NCBI GenBank assembly: GCA_937943575.1
Contig: CALEAV010000007.1
Location: forward strand, 9,969-73,968
Length of the DNA stretch: 64,000 bases
Source: an uncultured bacterium
GTDB taxonomy: Bacteria > Desulfobacterota > Desulfobaccia > Desulfobaccales > 0-14-0-80-60-11
Reading direction: 5' to 3'
Both the position numbers and the translations under genes were made by a program. The notes under the pieces are model-generated. The model did no database searches. It had not been told where the DNA came from and saw only the letters and a program-made list of their open reading frames with translations. Positions 1 through 9,737 of this stretch are shown here, one piece after another; position 1 is the stretch's first letter, and the number at the start of each line of letters is the position of its first letter.

Positions 1-895
1 ACAGGTCCGCATATTCGGCGGCATAGTCGTCGCAGTACTGGCAGGCGTAGCGCTTCATGAACTCCAGCTTCTCTAAGGGGATGGTGCGCAGCTCGCCGGA
101 TTTCAGATGCACCATCAGGGTTTCCTTGACGTTGATTTTGCGCACCTCCTCCCAGCGGAACCCCCCCAGCTCCATGAGCCGCCGGCGCTCGGCCTCGCCG
201 AAGTGGAAGTTGCCGGTGCAAAAGAGCCCCAGGTGCACGGTGATGGAGCCCGCCGGCACGATCCCCAAGACCTCCATGCGCCGCAAGGCGTTGATCTGGC
301 AGGGCGTGCCCACAAAGGCCACCCGGTTGAGGCGCTTTTTGGCCACCTCCCCCAGCTCGATGATGGAAGGGGAAAACGTGCTGCTCTCCAGGGTGGCATA
401 GACCTTGGAGAAATGGGTCATGCCGTGGATGGTGTCGAAATGGAACCCGGCGGCGTCCAGGATCTCCTCCCGGGTGATGGCCAGCCAGGGCCAGCGCCGG
501 AATTCCCCCACCTTGCGGCTGACGATGGCCCCGTCGATGCGGCCCAGATCAAAGAGGTGCAGGAGCAGGGCAGTCACCACCCCGCCGTCCGTGCCCCGGG
601 CCAACACCCCGGGGTCGGCGGCCCGGGCCACCTGGGTGCTGAGAATGCGGCCCATGGGCGCGCTCCAGGACACCAGGCGCTTGGTCTCCTCGTCCAGCTC
701 GTGAATCTCCGGACAGATGGAGTAGCACAGGCCGCATTCAATGCACTTCTCGATGTCCTTGTAGCGGGGGCGGCCGTCCTCCCCCAGCTCCAGGGCGCCG
801 TAATTGATGGCGGTGCAGAAGGTCACGCAGCCGCCGCAATGGTGGCACAGCCCCGGCTTCTGCACCTCCTGGATGAGATGAAAAAAGGTCTTCAT
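1..895 (-). CDS. FrhB/FdhB-family (coenzyme F420 hydrogenase/dehydrogenase beta subunit-like) protein with N-terminal 2x[4Fe-4S] domain; 3' end beyond the window edge
   Basis: Absent from the ORF track (no stop in window). Manual translation from ATG 895: MKTFFHLIQEVQKPGLCHHCGGCVTFC...KCIECGLCYSICP...TDGGVVTALL...VAFVGTPCQI...LGLFC...ACQYCDDYAAEYADL. GGAGG RBS upstream. Confidence 0.85.
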   Translation of the reverse strand, partial: MKTFFHLIQEVQKPGLCHHCGGCVTFCTAINYGALELGEDGRPRYKDIEKCIECGLCYSICPEIHELDEETKRLVSWSAPMGRILSTQVARAADPGVLARGTDGGVVTALLLHLFDLGRIDGAIVSRKVGEFRRWPWLAITREEILDAAGFHFDTIHGMTHFSKVYATLESSTFSPSIIELGEVAKKRLNRVAFVGTPCQINALRRMEVLGIVPAGSITVHLGLFCTGNFHFGEAERRRLMELGGFRWEEVRKINVKETLMVHLKSGELRTIPLEKLEFMKRYACQYCDDYAAEYADL

Positions 896-912
896 GGCGC
901 CTCCTCCCCGGG

Positions 913-1356
913 TCAGCCGGCAGCTTCCGCCAGCTCCGCTCTTAGCGGCCTCAGCGGATTGGGCCCCAACGCCCGGATCTTCTCGACAAACTGCGTCACC
1001 ACCTGGGCAAACCGGGGAGCCTCGGCGGACGACACCCATTCCAGCGCATAGCGCTCCGGGTCAAGATTCAGGGTCTCCAACACCAGCCGGGTGGCTTCAA
1101 AACGCGACAGGGCTTTGTAATTACCATCCAGGTAATGACAGTCACCCAGATGTCACCCCATCACCAATACCCCATCCACCCCCCGGCTCAGCGCCTTCAC
1201 CACCAGCTCCGGATGCACCATGCCGGAACAATTCACCCGGATCACCCTGAGATTGGGCGGATACTGCAAACGGGACACTCCCGCCAGGTCCGCCCCGGCA
1301 TACGCACACCAGTTGCACAAAAAACCCAGCACCACCGGTTCAAATGTCTCTTCCAT
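913..1356 (-). CDS. mvhD: MvhD/FlpD [2Fe-2S] subunit, probable selenoprotein (TGA at 1153-1155, codon 68)
   Basis: FLCNWCAYAGADLAG...RVNCSG...VLVMG-TGA-HLGDCHYLDGNYKA...EWVSSAEAPRF. The frame stays open after the TGA to a stop at 913, and the TGA falls on the first Cys of the GCHxGDCHY motif. Confidence 0.9.
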
Positions 1357-1480
1357 GTCGCCTCCTTGATTGCGTCGCCGCATGGGGGGCTAACCCGCCC
1401 TTTCCCCCTTCCCCCTTGCGGGTTGGGAGGGGGGCGCCGGGGGAGGGCAGGGCACCAAAGCCCCTGGCCCTTCCCATGAC

Positions 1481-4400
1481 CTACAGCGCCTCCAGCACGG
1501 CCTCCACCTGGGCCTCCAGCTGGGGCAGGGTGAAGCCGTGCACGGTGATGCCCTCCTTGGGGCAGGTGGCCTCGCACAGGCCGCAGCCCTTGCAGAGGGC
1601 CTTGTCGCTCGCCACCCGCCGGTGGCGGCGGCCGTCCTCGCCCTGGTAGTCCTCCAGTTTCAGGGCCAGATACGGGCAGACGTCCACGCACAGGCCGCAG
1701 CCGTCGCAGTGGCTGGTAACCTCGCTCTTGATGGCATCCAGCTCCATGGCGCTTCGGGCCAGAATGATGCCGGCCCGGGTGGCGGCCGCCTTGGCCTGGC
1801 TGACGGCCTCCTCCAAAGGTTTGGGATGGTGGCAGAGGCCGGCCAGAAACACCCCGTCCACGGTGGAGTCCACCGGCCTCAGTTTGGGGTGGGCTTCATT
1901 GAAGAAGCCGTCCTCGTTGACGCTCAGTTTGAAGAGCTCCACCAGCCCCCCGGGGTCGTGGGGCCTGATGCCGCTGGCCAGCACCAGATAGTCGGGGGCA
2001 AGCTGCACCGGCAGCCCCAGGATGGGGTCGGTCACTGTCACCTGGAGCCGGCCGTCGGCCTCCCTTACCTGGGGCTTGTTCTCCAGGGTGTAGGGGATAA
2101 AGATCACCCCCAGCTCCCGGGCCTTGGTGGCGAGGGTCTCCCGCAGGCCGTAGGTGCGAAGGTCCCGGTAGAGGATGTAGACGGGTTTGTCCGGGTCCAG
2201 CTCCTTGAGGCGGATGGCGTTCTCCACCGAGTGGGTGCAGCAGGTGCGGCTGCAGTACATGCGTCCCGGCTCCCGGGAGCCCACACACTGGATGAAGACC
2301 ACCGGGCCGGCGGCCTTGAGGTCCGCCGGTTTTTCCCGGAGCAGGGCGTCCAGCTCCAGGGCGGTGAGCACCCGGGGGTGCCGGCCGTAGAGATATTCCT
2401 CAGGCTTGTACTCCTGGCCGCCGAGGGCCAGGACCGCCACCCCAAAGGAGAGGCTGCGGCTCTCCCCGGCCACGCTGACCTCGCTCCGGAAATTGCCCAC
2501 CGAGCCGGAGACGCTTGTCAGTTCCGCCTGTTTCAGGACCTGGATCTTGGGGTGGTTCTCCACCTGGGCGATGAGGGTGGTGAGGAAGGGCCGCACCTCC
2601 TCCCCCTTCCAGGTGCGGTTGAGGTGCCAGGCGTTGCCGCCCAGCTTGTCGGTCTTTTCCAGCAGGGTGACGGCATAGCCCTGTTCCGCCAGCTCCAGGG
2701 CCGCAGTCAGGCCGGCGACGCCCCCGCCCACCACCAGGGCCTGCTGCACCACCGGCACCGCCTCCCGGGTCAGAGGGTAGTCCAGGGCCGCCTTGGCCAC
2801 CGCCATGCGCACCTGGTCCCGGGCCTTCAGGGTGGCATAGGCGGGGTTGTGCTGGTGCACCCAGGAGCCCTGGTTCCGGATGTTGGCCATCTCCACCAGA
2901 TAGGGGTTGAGACCCGCCTCCCGGAGGGTGTCCTGAAACAGGGCCTCATGGGTGCGGGGCGTGCAGGCGGCGATGACGATGCGGTTGAGGTTCAGCTCCC
3001 TAATCTTGGCGGCGATGAGGTCCTGGGTGTCGGTGGAGCAGGTGAAGAGATTGTTCTCCACGAAGGCCACATGCGGCAGAGTGCGGGCATACTCCGCCAG
3101 CCCCTTGACGTCGATGACCCCGGCGATGTTGATGCCGCAGGAGCAGATGAACACCCCGATGCGGGGTTCGTCGGCGGAGACGTCCCGCTCCGGCGGGTAG
3201 GTCTTCTCCCGGGTGAGGGTGCCCCGGGCCGCGACCAGGCTCCGGGCCGCCTCGCCCGCCGCCGCCGAGGCGTCCATCACCGCCCGGGGGATGGACTTGG
3301 GGGATTCGGCGGCGCCGCAGACATAGATGCCGGGCCGGGAGGTGGCCACCGGATTGAAGCCGTTGGTGGCCACAAAGCGGAACTGGTTCAGGTCCAGGGC
3401 GGCGGTGCGGGCCAGCTCCTGGGCGGAATCCGGGGCCTCCAGGCCCACGGAGAGCACCGCCAGGTCGAAGTCCTCCCGGCGCGGGCGGCCGTCCTCCCCC
3501 ACATATTCCACCTGCACCCCCCGGTTCTTGGGGCCGGGGAGGAGGCTGTGGGGCCGGGCCCGGACGAAGCGCACCCCCTTGGCCTGGGCGTTGACGTAAT
3601 AGCGCTCGAATTCCTTGTTGTGGGCCCGCAAGTCCATGTAAAAGATGGTGGTCTCGGCGCCGGGGAGGTGGTCGGCGGTGACCAGGGCCTGCTTCACCGC
3701 GTACATGCAGCAGACGGTGGAGCAGTAGGGGTTGCCCCGACCGTCCTGGCTGCGGGAGCCGACGCATTGGATCCAGGCCACCCGCCTGGGCTCCTGGTGG
3801 TCCGACGGCCGGATCAGGTGCCCCTGGAAGGGGCCGCCGGCGGAGAGGAGCCGCTCGTACTCCAGGCCGGTGACCACATCGGGCACCCGGCCGTAGCCGT
3901 AGGGGGCCAGCACCCCGGGGTCGAAGGGGCGGTAGCCCGGGGCCAGGATCAGGGCCCCCACCTTCAGGGTGACGGTCTCTCCTTGATCCTCAAAGTTGAT
4001 GGCGCCGGTGGGACAGAACTTCTCGCAGGCCTTGCACTTGCCCTTGGCAAAGTAGAGGCAGGCGTCCGGATCGATGGCGTATTTCAGGGGGACCGTCTGA
4101 CTGTAGTAGATGTAGATGGCCTTGCGCTTGCCCACCCCGAGATTGTAGTCGTCGGCCACCTTTTTGGGGCATTTCTCGGCGCACAGCCCGCAGGCGATGC
4201 ACTTGTCCGGGTCGACGTATCGGGGGTTTTTCCGCAGGGTGACGGTGAAATTGCCGGGGCCGCCGTGGATCTCGGCCACCTGGGACAGCGTGTGCAGCTC
4301 AATGTTCAAGTGCCGACCGCACTCGACCAACTTGGGCGACAGAATTCACATGGCGCAGTCGTTGGTCGGGTAGGTCTTGTCCAGTTGGGCCATCTTGCCG

Positions 4401-4789
4401 CCGATGCCGGCCTTGGCCTCCACCAAGTGGACGTAGTAGCCGGAGTCGGCCAGATCCAGGGCGGCCTGGATGCCGGCGATGCCGCCGCCCACCACCATAA
4501 CCGCACCCACCACATTTCCTGTCATGTTGTCCTCCCGGGTTGCTGGGGCAGCCTGCCTGGGGACCAGGCGGGGTTGGGCCTCCCGCCCTCCGCCCACCTC
4601 CCGGGGGGCCAGGGCCTCGGGGTCCAGGTGGAACTCCTGGCAGAGGTGGGCCAGGTCTTCCGGGGTGAAGACCAAGCCCTTGCCGGGTCCGGGACGGCAA
4701 GGCAGGCGGCCGCTCTTCACCCAGTTGCGGATGGTGTTGCGGTGGACACCGATGGCTTTGGCCAGGGCCACGAGGTGGACCACAAACAT
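1481..4789 (-). CDS. hdrA: Large HdrA-like flavo-iron-sulfur protein, probable selenoprotein (TGA at 4346-4348), with an 88-aa in-frame N-terminal HTH extension; alternative start at 4525
   Basis: [16 protein letters not shown]...[27 protein letters not shown] joins in frame to the 949-aa ORF. That ORF has two QCVGSR...YCS..CC motifs, a second GGGVAG FAD motif, HPKLRPVD and ferredoxin motifs. Confidence 0.9.
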
Positions 4790-4859
4790 GTCGGCGCTCC
4801 TTTTCTGCCTCCGGAGGGGGGGGCGAACTGTGCAATTTGTGCAATGTGCATTTTGTGCT

Positions 4860-4888
4860 TTTTTACCTGGATTGCACCCGCCTGTCAA
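4860..4888 (-). promoter_or_regulatory. sigma70-type promoter for the HTH-hdrA-mvhD-frhB operon
   Basis: TTGACA (4888-4883), 17 nt, TAAAAA (4865-4860); lies just downstream of the nfnB terminator. Confidence 0.6.
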
Positions 4889-4913
4889 GAAAAATCTGCC
4901 CCTCCCGGACAAC

Positions 4914-4941
4914 AAAAAAGGCCGGGGGATCCCCCCCGGCC
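4914..4941 (-). terminator. Rho-independent terminator after nfnB
   Basis: GGCCGGGGG/CCCCCGGCC stem followed by T6 on the minus strand. Confidence 0.75.
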
Positions 4942-4963
4942 CCACCGGCCCAACCTTGCGGCT

Positions 4964-6379
4964 CTACCAGCCGTAGGTCAGGAAATCATGGATGGAGTTG
5001 CTGGCCAGACGGCCGGCGCCCATGGCCAAAATGACCGTGGCCGCACCGGTGACGATGTCCCCCCCGGCCCAGACCCGGGGCTTCATGGTCTTGCCGGTCT
5101 TGGGATCGGCGATGATGTAGCCCCACTTGTTGAGGGCCAGGCCCGGGGTGGCCTTGGTGAGCAGGGGGTTGGCCCCGGAGCCGATGGCGATGACCGCGGT
5201 GTCGATCTCCACGATGAACTCCGAGCCCGGAATGGGAATGGGGCGCCGGCGGCCGGAGGCGTCGGGTTCCCCCAGCTCCATCTTCAGGCATTCCACCCCG
5301 GTGAGGTAGCCGTCTTCGTTGCCCAGGAAGCGCACCGGGTTGGTGAGGAAGAGGAATTCCACCCCCTCCTCCTCGGCGTGGTGGATCTCCGCCGCCCGGG
5401 CCGGCAGCTCGGCGTGGGAGCGCCGGTAGATGATGTAGGAGTGCTCGGCCCCCATGCGCAGGGCGGTGCGGGCTGCGTCCATGGCCACGTTGCCGCCCCC
5501 GAAGGTGGCCACCTTCTTGCCCCTCACCAGCGGCGTGTCGTAGTTGGGGAAGTCGTAGGCCCGCATCAGGTTGGAGCGGGTGAGGTATTCGTTGGCGGAA
5601 TAGACCCCGATATAGTGCTCCCCGGGGATATTGAGGAACATGGGCAGGCCGGCCCCCACCCCCAGAAAGACGGCGTCGAAGCGCTCCAGGAGCTCATCCA
5701 CCGTCTCGGTGCGCCCGATGACCGCGTTCACCTCAATCTTGACGCCCAGGCGCTCGAGATACCGGCACTCATGGGCCACGATCTCCTTGGGGAGGCGGAA
5801 CTCCGGGATGCCGTAGATGAGCACCCCGCCCGGGGCATGCAGGGCCTCAAAGATGGTGACCTCGTGGCCCTTGAGGATGAGGTCGCCGGCCACGGTGAGA
5901 CCTGCGGGGCCGGAGCCCACCACCGCCACCTTCTTGCCGGTGGGCGGCGCCTTGGGGGGCAGGATGTCCCGGCCGTGGAGGCGCTGGTAATCGGCGGCGA
6001 AGCGCTCCAGGTTGCCGATGGCCACCGGCTCGTCCTTTTTCCCCACCACGCACAGGCCTTCGCACTGAATCTCCTGGGGGCAGACCCGGCCGCACACCGC
6101 CGGCAGGGAGTTCTTCTCCCACAGCTTGCGGATGGCCGCCTCAAAATCCCCTTCCTTGATGAACTTGATGAAGCCGGGGATGTCGATCTCCACCGGGCAG
6201 CCCTGCTTGCAGCGGGGGTCCTTGCACTGGATGCAGCGCTCCGCCTCCTTCATGGCCAGCTCGGGGGTGTAGCCGTAGGGCACCTCGTTGAAATTATGGC
6301 GCCGGACCTGGGGGTCCTGCTCCGGCATCTTCTGCCGGGGGATCTTCTCTTTTTTCGGAGCCTTGACTTCTTCAGACAT
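4964..6379 (-). CDS. nfnB: NfnB/SudA large subunit (GltD-like) of electron-bifurcating NADH-dependent ferredoxin:NADP+ oxidoreductase
   Basis: EAERCIQC...CPV, VCGRVCPQEIQCE, VVGSGPAGL, YGIPEFRLPK, GGGNVAMDAAR, AGGDIVTGAATVILAMGAG; paired with nfnA. Confidence 0.9.
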   Translation of the reverse strand: MSEEVKAPKKEKIPRQKMPEQDPQVRRHNFNEVPYGYTPELAMKEAERCIQCKDPRCKQGCPVEIDIPGFIKFIKEGDFEAAIRKLWEKNSLPAVCGRVCPQEIQCEGLCVVGKKDEPVAIGNLERFAADYQRLHGRDILPPKAPPTGKKVAVVGSGPAGLTVAGDLILKGHEVTIFEALHAPGGVLIYGIPEFRLPKEIVAHECRYLERLGVKIEVNAVIGRTETVDELLERFDAVFLGVGAGLPMFLNIPGEHYIGVYSANEYLTRSNLMRAYDFPNYDTPLVRGKKVATFGGGNVAMDAARTALRMGAEHSYIIYRRSHAELPARAAEIHHAEEEGVEFLFLTNPVRFLGNEDGYLTGVECLKMELGEPDASGRRRPIPIPGSEFIVEIDTAVIAIGSGANPLLTKATPGLALNKWGYIIADPKTGKTMKPRVWAGGDIVTGAATVILAMGAGRLASNSIHDFLTYGW

Positions 6380-6405
6380 GCGTCATCTCCTCCCTTGTGT
6401 CTCGG

Positions 6406-7260
6406 TCAGCTCTTGTGGGAGCAGCCCTGCCCCAGGCTGGCTTTGAAGCGGTCGTAGGCCAGCTTCTCTTCCGGCAGATAGGAACGCAGCCTCAGGGTGA
6501 GCTCGTCGAAGTCCACCTGATGGCCGTCAAACTCGGGGCCGTCCACGCAGGCGAACTGCATCCTGCCGCCCACCTGCACCCGGCAGCAGCCGCACATGCC
6601 GGTGCCGTCCAGCATGATGGGGTTGAGGCTCACCAGGGTCTTGACGCCGAACTCCTTGGTCATCTGGCTGCAGAACTTCATCATGGGCACCGGGCCGATG
6701 CACACCGCCAGGCCGATGTCCCGGTTCTCGGTGAGGACCTTCTTCAGCATCTCGGTGACGAAGCCCTTGTGCCCGTAAGAGCCGTCATCGGTGCAGATAT
6801 GCAGCTCGTGGGAGGCGGCCCGCATCTTGTCCTCCAGGATGAGCAGCTCCTTGGTGCGGGCGCCGATGATGGCGATGACGTGGTTGCCCAACTGCTTCAG
6901 CCCCCGGGTGATGGGGTGCAGCACTGCGATGCCGGTGCCGCCGCCGACGCAGACCACCTTCCCCACTTTCTCCAGGTGGGTGGGCTGCCCCAGGGGCCCG
7001 ATGACGTCAAGATACGCATCCCCCACCTTCAGGGTCTTGAACAGGGCGGTGCTCTTGCCCACCACGGCGTAGATGATGTTGATGAGACCCCGTTCCGGAT
7101 CGGTGTCGGCCATGGTCAGGGGGATGCGCTCCCCCGTCTCGTTGGCCCGCAGGATGACGAACTGGCCCGGTTTGGCTTTCTTGGCAATCTTGGGGGCCCT
7201 GACCCAGTTGCTGATGATGGTGCCCTGGGCCATTTCCTCGCGTTCCACAATTTCAAACAT
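6406..7260 (-). CDS. nfnA: NfnA/SudB small subunit (FAD, [2Fe-2S])
   Basis: KPGQFVILR, GERIPLT, GGGTGIA, GPVPMMK, LNPIMLDGTGMCGCCRV...FACVDGPEFDGH. Confidence 0.9.
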   Translation of the reverse strand: MFEIVEREEMAQGTIISNWVRAPKIAKKAKPGQFVILRANETGERIPLTMADTDPERGLINIIYAVVGKSTALFKTLKVGDAYLDVIGPLGQPTHLEKVGKVVCVGGGTGIAVLHPITRGLKQLGNHVIAIIGARTKELLILEDKMRAASHELHICTDDGSYGHKGFVTEMLKKVLTENRDIGLAVCIGPVPMMKFCSQMTKEFGVKTLVSLNPIMLDGTGMCGCCRVQVGGRMQFACVDGPEFDGHQVDFDELTLRLRSYLPEEKLAYDRFKASLGQGCSHKS

Positions 7261-7381
7261 AGGCGCATCTCCTCACTTCGGGAAAATGGTGGCCTCGCCT
7301 TGCCACTCCCCCAGGCTGTCGGCGGAACGGCCCGCTGCTCTTGTAATCGTATCCTCTTACCACGGCCGCCTGCCGGGGTTC

Positions 7382-7399
7382 AAGTGATAAATATCACAA
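7382..7399. promoter_or_regulatory. Rex-like palindromic operator upstream of nfnA
   Basis: Minus strand TTGTGATATTTATCACTT with core GTGATA-TT-TATCAC; resembles TTGTGAA-N4-TTCACAA. Confidence 0.5.
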
Positions 7400-7509
7400 T
7401 TATCAAAAAGAGGGAAGCGGCCGCCGGGCCCGGTAGGCCCGCCCCCAAGGCCGCCCCCTGCCATCCGGCCGGTCCGGTCTGCAGGGGAGGCCCGAGAGGG
7501 GACCCCCCC

Positions 7510-7546
7510 AAAAAAAGGCCGGCCTCCCCCACAAGAGAAGCCGGCC
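7510..7546 (-). terminator. Rho-independent terminator after fhs
   Basis: GGCCGGC...GCCGGCC stem followed by a T run on the minus strand. Confidence 0.7.
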
Positions 7547-7590
7547 GGCGCCCGGCCGGGGAGCGCCCGGCCGGGAGGAAGGGTAGCTCC

Positions 7591-9375
7591 TTAGAAGAGG
7601 CCGATGACCTTGCCGGTCTTGACGTCCACATCCACCCGCCGGAAGGCCGGGTCGGAGGCGGTGCCGGGCATGAGGCTGATGGCGCCGCACACCGGGCAGA
7701 TGAACTTGGCGCCGCTGTAGACCAGGAAGTCCCGGACGGGGAGCCGCCAGCCCTTGGGCACGCCCTTCTTGGTGGGGTCGTGGCTGAGGCTCAGGTGGGT
7801 CTTCACCATCATGGTGGCGTATTCGTTGTACTTGGGATCCTTCTCGAAGCGCTCGGCCTTGGCCACCGCTTCGGGGAGGAAGTCCACCCCGTCGGCGCCG
7901 TAGACTTCCTTGGCGATGACTTCCACCCGCTGGCGCAGGGGCATCTCATTGGGATAGAGGAACTTGAAGTCGTTCTTCTCCTTGCAGGCCTCCATGACCG
8001 CGTCGGCGAATTCCAGGGCGCCTTCGCCGCCGAACTGCCAGTGCCGGGAGACCGCCACCCGGGCCCCTTCGGCCTCGCACACCCGGCGGATGAGGTCGTG
8101 CTCCTCTTTGGAGTCGAAATGGAAGGCGTTGATGCACACCACCGGGTTGATGCCCGCCTTCTTGATGGTGCGGATATGGTGCACGGCGTTCTGGACGCCG
8201 TCTTCCAGCCACTTGAAGGTCTGGGGCGACGCTTCGAAGTATTCCTTGGGGATGGGCTTGCCGGGCGGGCAGGGGAGGGCCCCGGCGTTGACGCCGTGGT
8301 GCTTGAGACCCCGCACCGTGGTGGTGAGCACCGCCACATGGGGTTTGAGGCCGCTGAAGCGGCATTTCACGTTCCAGAACTTCTCAAAGCCGATGTCGGC
8401 GCCGAAGCCCGATTCGGTGACGTGGTAGTCAAAGAGCTTCAGGCCGATCTGGTCGGCGATGATGGAGGACTGGCCCACGGCGATGTTGGCGAAGGGACCG
8501 GCGTGCACAAAGACCGGCTGCTTCTCCACCGTCTGCATGAGAGTGGGGTTGATGGAGGGCACCATCCAGGCGGTCATGGCATTGCCCACTTCCAGGTCGC
8601 CGGTGGTGATGGGGTTGCCCCGCTTGTCATAGCACACGGTGATGTTGTTGAGGCGCTCCTTCAGGTCGGCCAGGGAGGTGGTGATGGACAGGATGGCCAT
8701 GACCTCCGAGGACACCGCAATGCCGAACTTGGAGGCCATCATGAAGCCATCCATCTTGCCGCCGATGCCGATGATGATGTTGCGCAGCGCCTGGGCGCAG
8801 AAGTCGATGATCCAGCCCATCTCGAAGTTCTTGGGGTCAATGTCCAGGCGCTTCAGGTTCCGCTTCGCCAGCTGCTCATCGGTGTAGTTGAACTCATGCT
8901 GCAGGCGGGAGGTGGCGGCCACCATGGCCAGGTTGTGGGCGTTCATGATGTTGTTGATGTCGCCCGTCAACCCCAGGGAGAACTCGGTCATGGGGATGAG
9001 GAGCGAAATGCCGCCGCCGGCCGCCGTGCCCTTGATGTTCATGGTGGGGCCGCCGGAGGGTTGCCGGAGGGCCCCGCCGACGTTCACCCCCCGCTTGCCC
9101 AGACCCTCAATGAGACCCAGGGAGGTGGTGGATTTGCCCTCGCCCAGGGGGGTGGGGGTGATGGCGGTGACGTCGATGTAGTAGCCGTCGGGTTTGTCCT
9201 TCAGGCGCTCCAGGCACTTCAGGTAGTCCACGCGACCGATTTTCTGCCCGTAGGGGATGCGCTCCTCCTTGGGGATGCCCAGCATCTCGCACATGTCGTC
9301 GAAGGGGATCATCTCCGCTTCGGCGATTTCGGCGATCTGCCAGTCTTTCATGGTGACCGGATCATACTTTGCCAT
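7591..9375 (-). CDS. fhs: Formate-tetrahydrofolate ligase
   Basis: [59 protein letters not shown]. Confidence 0.97.
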   Translation of the reverse strand: MAKYDPVTMKDWQIAEIAEAEMIPFDDMCEMLGIPKEERIPYGQKIGRVDYLKCLERLKDKPDGYYIDVTAITPTPLGEGKSTTSLGLIEGLGKRGVNVGGALRQPSGGPTMNIKGTAAGGGISLLIPMTEFSLGLTGDINNIMNAHNLAMVAATSRLQHEFNYTDEQLAKRNLKRLDIDPKNFEMGWIIDFCAQALRNIIIGIGGKMDGFMMASKFGIAVSSEVMAILSITTSLADLKERLNNITVCYDKRGNPITTGDLEVGNAMTAWMVPSINPTLMQTVEKQPVFVHAGPFANIAVGQSSIIADQIGLKLFDYHVTESGFGADIGFEKFWNVKCRFSGLKPHVAVLTTTVRGLKHHGVNAGALPCPPGKPIPKEYFEASPQTFKWLEDGVQNAVHHIRTIKKAGINPVVCINAFHFDSKEEHDLIRRVCEAEGARVAVSRHWQFGGEGALEFADAVMEACKEKNDFKFLYPNEMPLRQRVEVIAKEVYGADGVDFLPEAVAKAERFEKDPKYNEYATMMVKTHLSLSHDPTKKGVPKGWRLPVRDFLVYSGAKFICPVCGAISLMPGTASDPAFRRVDVDVKTGKVIGLF

Positions 9376-9514
9376 AAACTCGCCTCCTTCAGATTAGGGG
9401 TATTGCCTCCATAGGCTTCCCACCGGCTTCAGCGCTGGCGTACACGCGCAGAAAGCCTTCATGAGTCCTGGCCCCCACCGCGCCAGCGCTCATGCTTTTT
9501 TTCACATATGCCCC

Positions 9515-9543
9515 CTTTTAGACGAGAGCCTGGGGTTTGTCAA
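9515..9543 (-). promoter_or_regulatory. sigma70-type promoter for fhs
   Basis: TTGACA (9543-9538), 17 nt, TAAAAG. Confidence 0.5.
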
Positions 9544-9602
9544 CAAATATTTTGCCCCAGGAACGCTTTTCCCTTCCCGCCTCCCGGCCCGGGATTTTTG
9601 GT

Positions 9603-9647
9603 TTGACAAAGATTTTCCGGCTCCCTACAATGTGAAGAGAATTACAA
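9603..9647 (+). promoter_or_regulatory. sigma70 promoter for metV-metF(-cooS) with overlapping Rex-like site
   Basis: TTGACA (9603-9608), 17 nt, TACAAT (9626-9631); ATGTGAA-GAGA-ATTACAA at 9630-9647. Confidence 0.65.
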
Positions 9648-9737
9648 AAAGGGGACCGCTCCCGGCCAGGCGCCGGGGCCTGAACGGAAGCATGGTTTTC
9701 TACCCGAACCCGGGGCCCCCGGGTTTAGGAGGATGGC

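Noticed and set aside
913-4525. mvhD and hdrA as pseudogenes or split genes
   Set aside because: Each TGA sits at a conserved Cys, the frame continues intact and a hairpin follows, so Sec recoding is the simpler explanation.
1538-9414. Very long plus-strand ORFs (1639 aa and 1005 aa)
   Set aside because: Antisense shadows of hdrA, nfnAB and fhs caused by high-GC codon bias; no recognisable motifs.
9420-9495. ZTP (pfl) riboswitch upstream of fhs
   Set aside because: CTGGCG..GGTGGG is present, but the pairing CCACC and the 3' CGCCTGGG element are missing.
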